The notes under the pieces: model-generated
What the model saw: the letters and a program-made list of their open reading frames with translations, nothing else
What the model was told of the DNA's origin: nothing
Databases searched by the model: none
Part shown: positions 46,745 to 56,290 of the stretch, piece after piece
Layout: each line of letters starts with the position of its first letter
How positions within the stretch are numbered: the first letter of the stretch is position 1
Origin: Pseudomonadota bacterium
Lineage (GTDB): Bacteria > Pseudomonadota > Gammaproteobacteria > UBA1113
Length of the DNA stretch: 64,000 nucleotides
Reading direction: 5' to 3'
Assembly: GCA_021782495.1 (NCBI GenBank)
Contig: JAJXUV010000010.1
Span: 11,601 to 75,600 of the forward strand
Program-made: the position numbers and the translations under genes

Positions 46745-48073
46745 ATGTATGCGGTAGTGGGTTTAGGTCAGACCGGTTTGTCGGTCATTGATTTTTTAAA
46801 TCGCATTGGCGCGACTTGGTGTGCGATGGATACCCGTGAAGCTCCTCCGCACATCGATGCACTGCGCACACAATTTCCTCAAAACTCGATTCATATCGGT
46901 CCTTTAAGAGAAGAAGATTTCAAAGAGGTGAGTGAAATTGTTTTAAGTCCAGGTTTATCGCCACACGATCCGGTGTTGATCGCTTTGGCAAAACAAGGGT
47001 TCCCAATTATCGGTGACATCGAATTGTTTGCGCGCGCACATCGGGGACGCGTTGTGGGAATTACGGGTTCAAATGCCAAATCAACGGTCACGACTTTGGT
47101 CGCCAAAATGGTGGAAAAAGCCGGCTTAGAAATGCGCATGGGCGGAAACATTGGCATTCCTGCTTTGTCTTTGTTGCCAGACAACCCGAATACACTTCAT
47201 GTATTGGAGTTATCCAGTTTTCAATTAGATACCACAGATTCTTTGGAACTGGAGGTCGCTGGTATTTTAAATATCACCGAAGACCACCGCGATCGCTATG
47301 CCACGATACAAGAATACATCGATTCTAAACACCGTATTTTCAAACACGCACAGCACATTGTGGTGAATCGAGAAGACGATAATACTTATCCGAATGATGT
47401 TGCAAACATAAAAACGAGTTTTGGGTTGTCTGTTCCCGCTTCTCAAACGTTTGGGTTACTCACCGAAGACAATCAAATGTATTTGGCTTATGGTGATATG
47501 CGTTTATTAGAGGTGAAAGAACTCTTATTACAAGGTCGGCACAATTGGAGCAATGCCTTAGCAGCTTTGGCGATTGGGCATAGTTTGGGTTTGGATTTTC
47601 CACCGATGTTGGACGTATTACGCACTTTTTCAGGTTTGCCACATCGATGTCAATTGGTGATCCACAAAAACCATATTGCTTGGTACAATGATTCCAAGGG
47701 AACCAACGTTGGCGCCACTTTGGCAGCAATTTCGGGGTTACAATTGCCAGGCAAACGGCATTTAATTTTAATTGCCGGTGGATTGGGAAAAGGCGCTGAT
47801 TTTTCACCGCTGCGATCGGTTGTGAAAGACAGTGTGAAATTGCTGATTGTTTTTGGACAAGATAAATTGCGGATACAAGAGGCTTTATGGGGAACGACCG
47901 ATATTGTAGATGCAGCCGATTTGCTCACTGCCATTGCTTTGGCAGATGAACATGCGGTTTCAGGTGATGTGGTTTTGTTTTCGCCGGCTTGTGCGAGTTA
48001 CGATATGTTTGATAATTACGAACACCGAGGAACTCTGTATTGTCAGTGGGTGTTGGAGCGTTTGGCAGAGTAA
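46745..48073 (+). CDS. murD: UDP-N-acetylmuramoylalanine--D-glutamate ligase
   Basis: ATG at 46745 (MYAVVGLGQTGLS) comes just after the mraY stop. GITGSNAKSTVT P-loop. The 46685 start on the ORF track would overlap mraY. Confidence 0.93.
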   Translation: MYAVVGLGQTGLSVIDFLNRIGATWCAMDTREAPPHIDALRTQFPQNSIHIGPLREEDFKEVSEIVLSPGLSPHDPVLIALAKQGFPIIGDIELFARAHRGRVVGITGSNAKSTVTTLVAKMVEKAGLEMRMGGNIGIPALSLLPDNPNTLHVLELSSFQLDTTDSLELEVAGILNITEDHRDRYATIQEYIDSKHRIFKHAQHIVVNREDDNTYPNDVANIKTSFGLSVPASQTFGLLTEDNQMYLAYGDMRLLEVKELLLQGRHNWSNALAALAIGHSLGLDFPPMLDVLRTFSGLPHRCQLVIHKNHIAWYNDSKGTNVGATLAAISGLQLPGKRHLILIAGGLGKGADFSPLRSVVKDSVKLLIVFGQDKLRIQEALWGTTDIVDAADLLTAIALADEHAVSGDVVLFSPACASYDMFDNYEHRGTLYCQWVLERLAE

Positions 48074-48169
48074 TCGCTAGATTTTAAAAAGAACGGCATT
48101 GGGACACCCCGCGATAATCAATGATATGAGTTATGCCGAATCATTTTATCAAAAGGAAGGAAGAGAGAT

Positions 48170-49552
48170 ATGAGAGGAATGCTCTACAAAAAACCGATCG
48201 CCGATCTCCAGAGTGATTTGGAATCAGATCATCATTTAAAACGATGTTTAACTGCGTTTGATTTAACCCTATTGGGAATAGGCGCTGTCATTGGTGCGGG
48301 TATTTTTATTTTAACGGGTGTTGCGGCTGCAACCCAATCGGGTCCAGCGATTGTCCTTTCTTTTGTTTTAGCCGGAATTGCCTGCGCTTTTTCAGCCTTG
48401 TCTTATGCCGAATTGGCGACGACAATTGGAGGCTGTGGCAGTGCATATGGCTATGCTTATGTAGGTTTTGGTGAAATTTTCGCGTGGATCATTGGTTGGG
48501 ATTTGATTTTAGAATATGGCTTGTCTTGCGCAGCCGTTGCGATAGGCTGGTCAGCGTATTTTGCAAAGTTTGTCACGATTTTTGATTGGACAGTGCCTAA
48601 AACGTTTTTAAATAGTTTTCTGGCGTCTGGGATTGTCGATGTGCCAGCTTTGGCGATTATGATGTTTATTACCGTTTTACTGACTCTCGGTGTTAAAAAT
48701 GGCGCACGCGTCAATGCAGTGATGGTGTTAGTTAAATTTATTACCATCACAGTTTTTGTGGCGGTGAGTGCGCCTTATATTAATTTTCATTATTGGGATA
48801 ACTTCATGCCTTTTGGTTGGAAAGGTGTGATGGGTGGTGCAGCCATGATTTTCTTTTCATATATTGGATTTGATGCGGTGTCTACTGCCGCAGAAGAAGC
48901 CATTCAACCCAAGCGCGATTTGCCGATCGGGATCATTGCTTCTTTGGCGATTTGTACAGCGATTTATGTGGTTGTTTCCGGCGTATTAACTTTGGTGGTG
49001 TCTTACAATACTTTAGATACAGCTTCTCCAGTGGCCGATGTGTTGCTGCGTTTGGGACATGCCAGTGCAGCCAGTTTGATTTCCGTCGGCGCTTTGGCAG
49101 GATTAACCACAGTGATCTTAGTGATGTTTTACGGAATGAGTCGCATCATGTACGCGATGTCTCGAGATCGTTTATTGCCGAAATTTTTTTTGCATTTAAG
49201 TTCGCGCTTTCGCACACCCACTCGGATTTTATGGGCCTCGGGTATCGTAATTGCATTGATCGCAGCCACCTTGCCCATCGGCGATGTAGCCGAATTGGTG
49301 AATATCGGAACCTTGGCTGCATTCAGCATTGCTAATTTAGGCGTCATTGTCTTGCGTTATACCCAACCGGATTTGCCCAGGCCCTTTAAAACCCCTTTTG
49401 GGATCACTTTGCCATTCTTAGGAATAGTATTTTGTCTTTATTTAATGTTGAGCTTGTCTTGGATTACCTGGGTGCGTTTTTTCGTTTGGATGCTCATCGG
49501 TTTGGGTTTTTATTTGTACCATTTGCATCGAAAGGATAGGCTGAAGGGGTAG
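48170..49552 (+). CDS. APC-family amino acid permease (cationic amino acid transporter-like)
   Basis: 460 aa with about 12 TM. N-terminal LTAFDLTLLGIGAVIGAGIFILTG is typical of the APC/CAT family. Confidence 0.85.
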   Translation: MRGMLYKKPIADLQSDLESDHHLKRCLTAFDLTLLGIGAVIGAGIFILTGVAAATQSGPAIVLSFVLAGIACAFSALSYAELATTIGGCGSAYGYAYVGFGEIFAWIIGWDLILEYGLSCAAVAIGWSAYFAKFVTIFDWTVPKTFLNSFLASGIVDVPALAIMMFITVLLTLGVKNGARVNAVMVLVKFITITVFVAVSAPYINFHYWDNFMPFGWKGVMGGAAMIFFSYIGFDAVSTAAEEAIQPKRDLPIGIIASLAICTAIYVVVSGVLTLVVSYNTLDTASPVADVLLRLGHASAASLISVGALAGLTTVILVMFYGMSRIMYAMSRDRLLPKFFLHLSSRFRTPTRILWASGIVIALIAATLPIGDVAELVNIGTLAAFSIANLGVIVLRYTQPDLPRPFKTPFGITLPFLGIVFCLYLMLSLSWITWVRFFVWMLIGLGFYLYHLHRKDRLKG

Positions 49553-49596
49553 TTTTGAAATGCCAGTTGCTTCTGATTACGGGCGTAAAAATGGTA

Positions 49597-49917
49597 TTAC
49601 CTTGCCTTTTGCAATATCACTTTTTGTTCTTCGATGATCTTTTTAAAGGTAGCACTGGTCTGTCCCCAATTGACCAAATCGACTTTAAAAGGAAGATTAG
49701 ATTCTGAAAACGCTTCGTTTAAAGCAGCATATAGATCTAAAGAGAGTGCTTTATCCTGAACAATCGCTAAATCTAGATCGGAATAAGGCCGGGCTGTTTT
49801 TTTTACTCTAGACCCAAAAGCCCATACTTCACATTGTGGGACATATTGTTGCAAGATGTCGTGGACAATTTTCCATTGTGTGGTAGTAATATCAATAGAA
49901 GGCATTTTGTCAGTCAT
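49597..49917 (-). CDS. MNT-type nucleotidyltransferase (MntA-like antitoxin)
   Basis: 106 aa. GSRVKKTARPYSDLDL is the GSx(10)DxD minimal nucleotidyltransferase motif. Confidence 0.8.
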   Translation of the reverse strand: MTDKMPSIDITTTQWKIVHDILQQYVPQCEVWAFGSRVKKTARPYSDLDLAIVQDKALSLDLYAALNEAFSESNLPFKVDLVNWGQTSATFKKIIEEQKVILQKAR

Positions 49918-49919
49918 CT

Positions 49920-50342
49920 TTAACCTGCGTGTTTTTTCAACTGTTCACGTAAATAACAAGCTTCTTTTAAGAAGTTAGGAATATACTGAACTACTTCCAA
50001 AGCAACTTCTTCATCATAAGTATGGCTTGTTTTGCTGCGTATTTCACGATATAGACGCCACGCCGGCCAATCGTCTAGCAATAATTTTTGTGCATTACCA
50101 AGGCGAATTAGATCCTGAAAGGGCATATCGTCGAATTGTTCTGGCGTAGCAGAAGTTAGCCTTAAATATCGTTTTAGCATTTTATGCGCGAGTTCATAAG
50201 TAAATTCAAATCGTTGAATGAGGCCATCTCGTAGTTGGCTATCTTTCACATGTTGTTGATAACGAGTTAGACCTTCTTCTAAACGAGCAATGCTTTTTTC
50301 CAGTGGAGTAATGTCAATTATCATAAGGATGATTTCCTGCAT
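49920..50342 (-). CDS. HI0074-family HEPN protein (HepT-like toxin)
   Basis: 140 aa. RSKTSHTY matches the HEPN Rx4HxY motif. Lies 2 nt upstream of the MNT gene. Confidence 0.8.
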   Translation of the reverse strand: MQEIILMIIDITPLEKSIARLEEGLTRYQQHVKDSQLRDGLIQRFEFTYELAHKMLKRYLRLTSATPEQFDDMPFQDLIRLGNAQKLLLDDWPAWRLYREIRSKTSHTYDEEVALEVVQYIPNFLKEACYLREQLKKHAG

Positions 50343-50461
50343 TTAAGATGTTCTTATTTTAAACAAACCAAAGAGTATCTGTCAATCTCTAATATGAACA
50401 GCGGTTTCAGATTTTGAAAAACACAAAGGGTGATAGCGCTTCTTAATAAAGAACAAGATAT

Positions 50462-51493
50462 TTACAAAAACGCAACCACTGCCTTAGCCAAATCTGAAAA
50501 ACGGGGATTATACAATAATTCGCCGCGATCTTCTTTGCGGTAATCGGCGCGCAATCCGTAGTGGGTGTTTTCAGGGCTGAAGGGGAGTCCATTGTGTTTT
50601 AAGACATAAGGCGGATCGTTGGGAAAAAAACCTTCTACATAATGAATGCGTGAATCGTGTTCAGAAGGTGCGGGGCTTTGATAAATTAAACAGCGACTGT
50701 CTTCTGTAGCATAGCGAGTAAAAAACTGCCGTGAAAATGCGCTGGAAATCACTTGATCGGCTTCAACAAAAGCCATAAACAGTTTCACATCCAATTTAGC
50801 TTGTGCTTGCATTTGTTTGCGTACTCGAAGCCCGAGTTTGTATATTTCAGCACACGCTTTCATGGGAATGGAACGGTATTTTGTGTAATTGTTTTCCTTT
50901 CTTTTGTGTAGCCAAGGGGTTATAGAGGCCAGGCAAGGTGTCAGCGGAGCGGCTAAAAAACGAATTTTAAAAGCCGGTGCCAAAGCAAAAATGCTTTGAA
51001 TGGGTGTTTCTGGATGTCTTAAATGATAATCGATGCACAAGAGACCGCCGCTTGAAAAACCCAACAAATACACTTCATCGACTTGCGCGTGCAAAGCTTG
51101 AACACCAAAATCTATGGCTTGTTGCCACGCAGGGTATTGGATTTGAGTAAGATCGCCGGGTACAGTGCCGTGTCCAGGTAACAATAAACTGTATACTAAA
51201 AAATGTTGCTGATAAAAAACATGACCGAGATCCCTCAGACTAAAAGGCGAATCGAATAAGCCATGCACGAGCAGTACACCGCGTTTTTTTTCAGTGAGAT
51301 TTTCTTTGGGAAGCCATGCAAAAGGCGAATTGGCTTCGATGATGATTTCGGGGTAATCGGTGTTTAAATCCAATCGCGCCAATCGAATTTTTCGGCGGTT
51401 AAAGTCGATGTATTCTTCGAAACTCTGGCCTTTGAAATCAAAAGTCGTGTTGTATCCGGAAGGTTGATAATATTGTCCATTCGCTTCTAACAT
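50462..51493 (-). CDS. alpha/beta-fold hydrolase
   Basis: 343 aa. HGLFDSP oxyanion-type motif and nucleophile elbow GFSSGG. AAGGAG SD. Confidence 0.7.
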   Translation of the reverse strand: MLEANGQYYQPSGYNTTFDFKGQSFEEYIDFNRRKIRLARLDLNTDYPEIIIEANSPFAWLPKENLTEKKRGVLLVHGLFDSPFSLRDLGHVFYQQHFLVYSLLLPGHGTVPGDLTQIQYPAWQQAIDFGVQALHAQVDEVYLLGFSSGGLLCIDYHLRHPETPIQSIFALAPAFKIRFLAAPLTPCLASITPWLHKRKENNYTKYRSIPMKACAEIYKLGLRVRKQMQAQAKLDVKLFMAFVEADQVISSAFSRQFFTRYATEDSRCLIYQSPAPSEHDSRIHYVEGFFPNDPPYVLKHNGLPFSPENTHYGLRADYRKEDRGELLYNPRFSDLAKAVVAFL

Positions 51494-51505
51494 CCCTTTA
51501 CTCCT

Positions 51506-51543
51506 TCATTTTTAGCTTCGACAAACCCAGTGTCAACAGGCCC
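51506..51543. repeat. family-3 MITE right-arm fragment (fills the hydrolase/coaE spacer and supplies the coaE stop)
   Basis: tcatttttagcttcgacaaacccagtgtcaacaggccc matches tcatttttcgcttcgacaacccaaatgtcaacaggcccc at 61703-61740. Confidence 0.7.
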
Positions 51544-52135
51544 GAGAATACCTCAAATAATTCACATGTAATTTTTTCACCGCCTCTGCCAATGCATTTA
51601 AATCCCCTTCATTTTTTAAGACATCATCTGCATTCGCTAAGCGTTCTGCTCGGGAAACCTGTGCATCTAAAATAGAATGAATGATCCGATCGTCTAAATG
51701 ATCGCGCTCTTTCAAACGCTTAATTTGTGTGTCCACATCCACATCGATGACCAAAATTCGATTTAATTCGGGGTAGGGGAATGTTTCAATCAACAGAGGG
51801 ATCACTTCAATGCAATAGGGTGATTTTGCTTCCAGCGTTTTTTCAATCATCTTTTGGCGAATCAAAGGATGCAATAAGGCTTCTAACCACCATCGTTCTA
51901 CTTCATTCTTAAAAACAATATTTTTAAGTTTCGCCCGATCGACATGCCCATTTTTTTCTAAAACAGTATCTCCAAAATGCAAAACGATTGCTTCATACGC
52001 TTTTTGTCCTGGAAGAACGATTTCTCTCGCTATCACATCGGCATCGATAATGGCAATGCCTTGTTGCGCAAAAAGTTGCCCGACCGTAGATTTCCCACTC
52101 GCAATGCCGCCGGTTAAACCTACTCGATACATCAT
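51533..52135 (-). CDS. coaE: dephospho-CoA kinase
   Basis: MMYRVGLTGGIASGKST P-loop. The ATG at 52135 overlaps the pilD stop. The ORF is open to 52168. Confidence 0.9.
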   Translation of the reverse strand: MMYRVGLTGGIASGKSTVGQLFAQQGIAIIDADVIAREIVLPGQKAYEAIVLHFGDTVLEKNGHVDRAKLKNIVFKNEVERWWLEALLHPLIRQKMIEKTLEAKSPYCIEVIPLLIETFPYPELNRILVIDVDVDTQIKRLKERDHLDDRIIHSILDAQVSRAERLANADDVLKNEGDLNALAEAVKKLHVNYLRYSRAC

Positions 52136-52998
52136 AATCCTATCCATGCGTAAAACCATTGCATCCATTCAGGCAAAATAAGTGTAATAAAACCCGACAA
52201 ACACAAATAAGGACCAAAAGGTAAAGGTTTTTGGAAGCTGTGGCGATGCAATGCGATTAAACTGAGGCCGGCGATAGCGCCGATGATTGAAGATAGTAAT
52301 ACAATAAAAGGCAGTGCTTGCCAACCCATCCAAGCGCCTAACAAGGCCAATAATTTATAATCACCTTGACCGATACCGTCTTTATGTCTTAACAATTGAT
52401 ACAAATGGGCAATAATCCACAAGCTCATGTAACCCACACTTGCGCCCAAAATAGCGTCTCGAGGCGAAATAAACGCGCCGTTTAAACTACACAATAAACC
52501 CAGCCATAAAAGCGGCAGCGTCAAATTGTCGGGCAAAATTTCTTCGTCTAAATCGATGAACGTGAGCGCGATGAGTCCCAAACTTAATACACCAAAAGCC
52601 AATCCAGGCAGTGTAAAACCATACACCCAAACGATGCCAAATAAAACGAAGGTGCTTAATAATTCGATTAAGGGATATCGATAAGAAATTTTGACCTGAC
52701 AATTCGCGCAACGCCCTTTTTGCAAAATGAAACTTAAAACCGGAATGTTTTGCCAAGCTTTGATCAAGGCTTGGCAATGGGGGCAATGGGAACGTGGCCC
52801 CCATAAGTTGATTTTTTCAAAATGAAGTTCTTGGGTTTCATTTAAAAAATTTTGACAATCTTCTTTCCATTGATGCATCAACATGCGGGGTAATCTGTAA
52901 ATTACCACATTTAAAAAACTGCCAAACAATAAGCCGAGAATCAGCACTATCATCCACTGCAATCCCGATGAGTCACGAATCGTATTCCATATTTCCAT
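52132..52998 (-). CDS. pilD: prepilin peptidase / N-methyltransferase
   Basis: 288 aa. Cys pairs CPHC...CANC, a polytopic C-terminal A24 peptidase region, and pilBCD context. Confidence 0.9.
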   Translation of the reverse strand: MEIWNTIRDSSGLQWMIVLILGLLFGSFLNVVIYRLPRMLMHQWKEDCQNFLNETQELHFEKINLWGPRSHCPHCQALIKAWQNIPVLSFILQKGRCANCQVKISYRYPLIELLSTFVLFGIVWVYGFTLPGLAFGVLSLGLIALTFIDLDEEILPDNLTLPLLWLGLLCSLNGAFISPRDAILGASVGYMSLWIIAHLYQLLRHKDGIGQGDYKLLALLGAWMGWQALPFIVLLSSIIGAIAGLSLIALHRHSFQKPLPFGPYLCLSGFITLILPEWMQWFYAWIGL

Positions 52999-54212
52999 TA
53001 ATGTACCACAGCTCCCAATTTAAAGACGGGTAAATACAAGGCGATCACCAACCCACCGACCAAGCCACCTAAAATCACCATCAATATCGGCTCTAAAAGC
53101 GTTGTTAAGTTGTCCACGGCGTGGCTGACATCGCGTTCATACAAATCGGCGATTTTAGACAGCATCGATTCCAGCGATCCTGCATTTTCACCCATTGCCA
53201 CCATTTGCACCACCAAAGGTGGGAATACCTTAGTATAGCGCATTGCAGCTTGGATTTTTTGGCCTTTGGCAATTTCATCGCGGATTTTTGAAACGGCTGC
53301 GTTGAAGACACGATTGCCGGTGGCCTGAGCAACATTGTCTAAGGCTTTCAGCACGGGTAAACCAGCGCCCAGCGTGGTTGCCAGGGTATGCGCAAAGCGA
53401 GCAATGGCGGCTTTGCTTAAAATGTTGCCGAGAATAGGTAATTTGATGAATAAGCCATCTATTTTCATGGAAAGTGCTGCCTTGGGTCGATAAAAACGTT
53501 TCAGAGTATAGATCCCTACCATAAGACTGCCGAGAATGAATCCGCCGTATTGTCGAAGCATCGTTGATATGTGAATAACGACACGAGTCGCCAAAGGTAG
53601 AGGCGCATTAAAGCTGTCGAAAACTTCTTGGAAAGTCGGGACAATAAAAACCAATAAACCTAAGGTGATGACAAGTGCGACGACCAAAATAGTGGCCGGA
53701 TAAATGAGCGCTTTTCGTACTTTTTTCTTCAATTGTTCGGTTTTTTGGGTGTAATCAGCGATCCGTTTTAGCATACTGTCTAAAGTTCCGGATTGTTCTC
53801 CGGCCGCCAATAAATGACAAATTAAAGGATTAAAATACTGTGAGTAGTGTTTTAAAGCCTGAGAAAAAGAAGTGCCGTTGGCAATGTCCGTTTTGATGGC
53901 AAGCAATACCTGTTTAGCCTGGGGGTTGCTTTCGATTTCTGCGATGAGATTTAAACTTTGGACGATGGGGATCCCTGCCTGAATGAGCGTAGCCAATTGT
54001 TCTAAAATCATCGCAATTTCACTGGGTTTTATGCTTTGATTCTGGGTTTTCTGAAATAAAGATTTTGATTTTTTTTGAATGGAGGCTAATTGAATGCCTT
54101 GACGTCTTAATTGTGCTTTGGCCAACATCAAACTTGGCGCTTCTAAATCGCCTTTTTGTATTTCACCGAGTGCGTTGCTGCCTTGCCAATGGTAAATTGC
54201 TGCTTTAGCCAT
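52998..54212 (-). CDS. pilC: type IV pilus platform protein PilC
   Basis: 404 aa with two GspF-like repeats (e.g. GENAGSLESML). Confidence 0.9.
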   Translation of the reverse strand: MAKAAIYHWQGSNALGEIQKGDLEAPSLMLAKAQLRRQGIQLASIQKKSKSLFQKTQNQSIKPSEIAMILEQLATLIQAGIPIVQSLNLIAEIESNPQAKQVLLAIKTDIANGTSFSQALKHYSQYFNPLICHLLAAGEQSGTLDSMLKRIADYTQKTEQLKKKVRKALIYPATILVVALVITLGLLVFIVPTFQEVFDSFNAPLPLATRVVIHISTMLRQYGGFILGSLMVGIYTLKRFYRPKAALSMKIDGLFIKLPILGNILSKAAIARFAHTLATTLGAGLPVLKALDNVAQATGNRVFNAAVSKIRDEIAKGQKIQAAMRYTKVFPPLVVQMVAMGENAGSLESMLSKIADLYERDVSHAVDNLTTLLEPILMVILGGLVGGLVIALYLPVFKLGAVVH

Positions 54213-54215
54213 GCT

Positions 54216-55745
54216 TTATGTTACTCGATTGATTTCTTCTAAACTCGTGATCCCATCACGAACACGATTTAATCCAGAACGTCTTACATTTTGCAAACCT
54301 TCTTCCAAAGCCAAAGCTAAAATAGACAGAGAATGGCCGCCTTGCATAATGGTTTCTGCGATTTTGGGTGAAATGGGCAATAGTTCATAAAGACCAATGC
54401 GTCCTGAATAACCCTGATGGCAATGTGCGCAACCCAAAGGCGAAGGAGCAAAAACATTAAAATCGCTGTCGATTTCAGCTTCCGAAAATCCCATTTGTAT
54501 TAAACTGGGTCGCGGAATGTTTTCCAGCCGTTTGCAATTCACACACAAACGGCGCGCTAAGCGTTGCGCTACAATTAAAGAGACCGAAGTGGCGACATTA
54601 AAGGCCGGTAAACCCATGTTGAGCAAACGGGTTAAGGTTTCTGTGGTGCTGTTGGTGTGTAAAGTGGATAAAACCAAATGACCTGTTTGCGCCGCTTGAA
54701 TCGCAATTTCGGCTGTTTCCAGATCGCGAATTTCACCGACCATGATTACATCGGGGTCTTGTCTTAACAAAGTTTTTAATATTCGGGCAAAGCTCAGACC
54801 CGATTTTGAATGCACAGCAACTTGATTAATACCATTTAAATTCATTTCAACGGGATCTTCAATAGTGGCAATGTTCAAGCTTTCTGTATTGAGTAAATCA
54901 AGCGCCGCATATAAAGACAAGGTTTTGCCGCTGCCAGTGGGTCCCGTCACCAAAATCATGCCCTGAGATTTTTGTATCGCTTCCGAAAATAAAGCTTGTT
55001 GTGCAGTTTCAAAGCCTAAGGCCTCTATATCGATATTTAAAGAAGCGGGATCGAGCAAGCGGAGTACCACTTTTTCGCCATTCACCGTAGGACAAGTGTT
55101 GATTCGAAAATCCACAGATTTGTGCGGGGATACTGCCGCTTTAAAATGACCGTCTTGAGGCAACCGTCGTTCAGCAATGTCGAGTTGTGCAATGACTTTG
55201 AGTCTGGCCGTGATCCGTTCAGATAAAGCCAGAGGAGGGCTGGCCGTTTCGTATAAAACACCATCGCGGCGATAGCGTATTCGATAATTTTTTTCGAAAG
55301 GTTCAAAGTGGATGTCGGAAACGCCTTGATGCATGGCATCGCGTAGAATTTTATCCACAAATCGCGTGATTGGCGTATCGCTTTTATCGAGCATTTCGGG
55401 CTCGATATCGAATTCAGAGTGAAGGCTGACATCGGCCAAAGCGTGGCTTGCTTGTCGTCTTAACACTTTTTCGATTAAGTCATTTAAGTCTACCGTTTCC
55501 ACTAAAATGGGGTGCGTCTGAAGCCCCGTTTTAAATTTGAATTCATTTAAAGCCTTTAAAGCGGTGGGATTATCGATGGCCACATAGAGATGTCCTTGAT
55601 TTTTGTACAAGGGCAATATGTGGTGTTCCAGTATCAACTGAGCTTCGATGCAATCCAAAGGAATGTGTTCAATAGCAAAGGCTTTTAAGTCTAACGCAGG
55701 AATTCCAAAGTCTAGACAGACAGATTGCATAGAATTTGAGATCAT
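54216..55745 (-). CDS. pilB: type IV pilus assembly ATPase PilB
   Basis: Walker A GPTGSGKT, Asp/His boxes and a tetracysteine CVNC...CAHC. The start is uncertain (55745 or 55730). The extension to 55799 on the ORF track reads into repeat copy C. Confidence 0.88.
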   Translation of the reverse strand: MISNSMQSVCLDFGIPALDLKAFAIEHIPLDCIEAQLILEHHILPLYKNQGHLYVAIDNPTALKALNEFKFKTGLQTHPILVETVDLNDLIEKVLRRQASHALADVSLHSEFDIEPEMLDKSDTPITRFVDKILRDAMHQGVSDIHFEPFEKNYRIRYRRDGVLYETASPPLALSERITARLKVIAQLDIAERRLPQDGHFKAAVSPHKSVDFRINTCPTVNGEKVVLRLLDPASLNIDIEALGFETAQQALFSEAIQKSQGMILVTGPTGSGKTLSLYAALDLLNTESLNIATIEDPVEMNLNGINQVAVHSKSGLSFARILKTLLRQDPDVIMVGEIRDLETAEIAIQAAQTGHLVLSTLHTNSTTETLTRLLNMGLPAFNVATSVSLIVAQRLARRLCVNCKRLENIPRPSLIQMGFSEAEIDSDFNVFAPSPLGCAHCHQGYSGRIGLYELLPISPKIAETIMQGGHSLSILALALEEGLQNVRRSGLNRVRDGITSLEEINRVT

Positions 55746-55781
55746 TTTATGAATTTTTATTAAATAAGCGGCGTTCATATA

Positions 55782-55843
55782 CCGAGCGGCAACCTGCAAG
55801 GAGCGGACTGAAAAATATCTGCTCCCTGACGGTCGTGGCTCGG
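55782..55843. repeat. family-1 palindromic repeat, copy C
   Basis: ccgagcggcaacctgcaaggagcgg...gctccctgacggtcgtggctcgg. Lies in the pilin-pilB spacer. Confidence 0.75.
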
Positions 55844-55847
55844 ATCT

Positions 55848-56264
55848 TTAACATAAATTGTGCCCGCTGGTTTTACAACCACTCTTGGGATCGACAGTCC
55901 AACTGATCGTATGATCGGTCGCGTTGAATGTTGGCACCAAGACGTAGGTGTCTTCAGCAGTCATCGGGCTTTCATCCCAAGGCGTTGCCGTGATCACGCA
56001 GGATTCCGAAATAGCAACTCCCGCCGTTTTTTGTGAGGCACTAGGTGGGATTTCGGCTAAAGGCGTGCACTTGGCTTCACCTGCTGCCATGATTTGTGCT
56101 GAAACATCGGTCTTTTTTGCCATAGCCGTATTCTGGACTTGGACAAATTTGGCTTTAGCTACGTAATTGCTGTATTGGGGAATGGCAATGGCGGCTAAAA
56201 TACCAATGATGGCGATGACTATCATTAATTCGATTAAAGTAAACCCGCGTTCTGAATTTTGCAT
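55848..56264 (-). CDS. type IV pilin (PilA-like)
   Basis: [31 protein letters not shown] is a class III signal with a G/F cleavage site and Glu5. A C-terminal Cys pair is present. Confidence 0.88.
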   Translation of the reverse strand: MQNSERGFTLIELMIVIAIIGILAAIAIPQYSNYVAKAKFVQVQNTAMAKKTDVSAQIMAAGEAKCTPLAEIPPSASQKTAGVAISESCVITATPWDESPMTAEDTYVLVPTFNATDHTISWTVDPKSGCKTSGHNLC

Positions 56265-56290
56265 ATTATTACTCCTAAACTGGGAAGTCG

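Noticed and set aside
49553-50419. 8-nt direct repeat ttttgaaa flanking the HepT-MntA pair (49553-49560 and 50412-50419) as a target-site duplication
   Set aside because: It is short, AT-rich and low in complexity. A chance match in these spacers is quite plausible.
55746-55799. N-terminal extension of pilB to 55799
   Set aside because: The extension is encoded by the edge of family-1 repeat copy C and has no SD. An internal ATG (55745 or 55730) is more plausible, though the exact start is unresolved.
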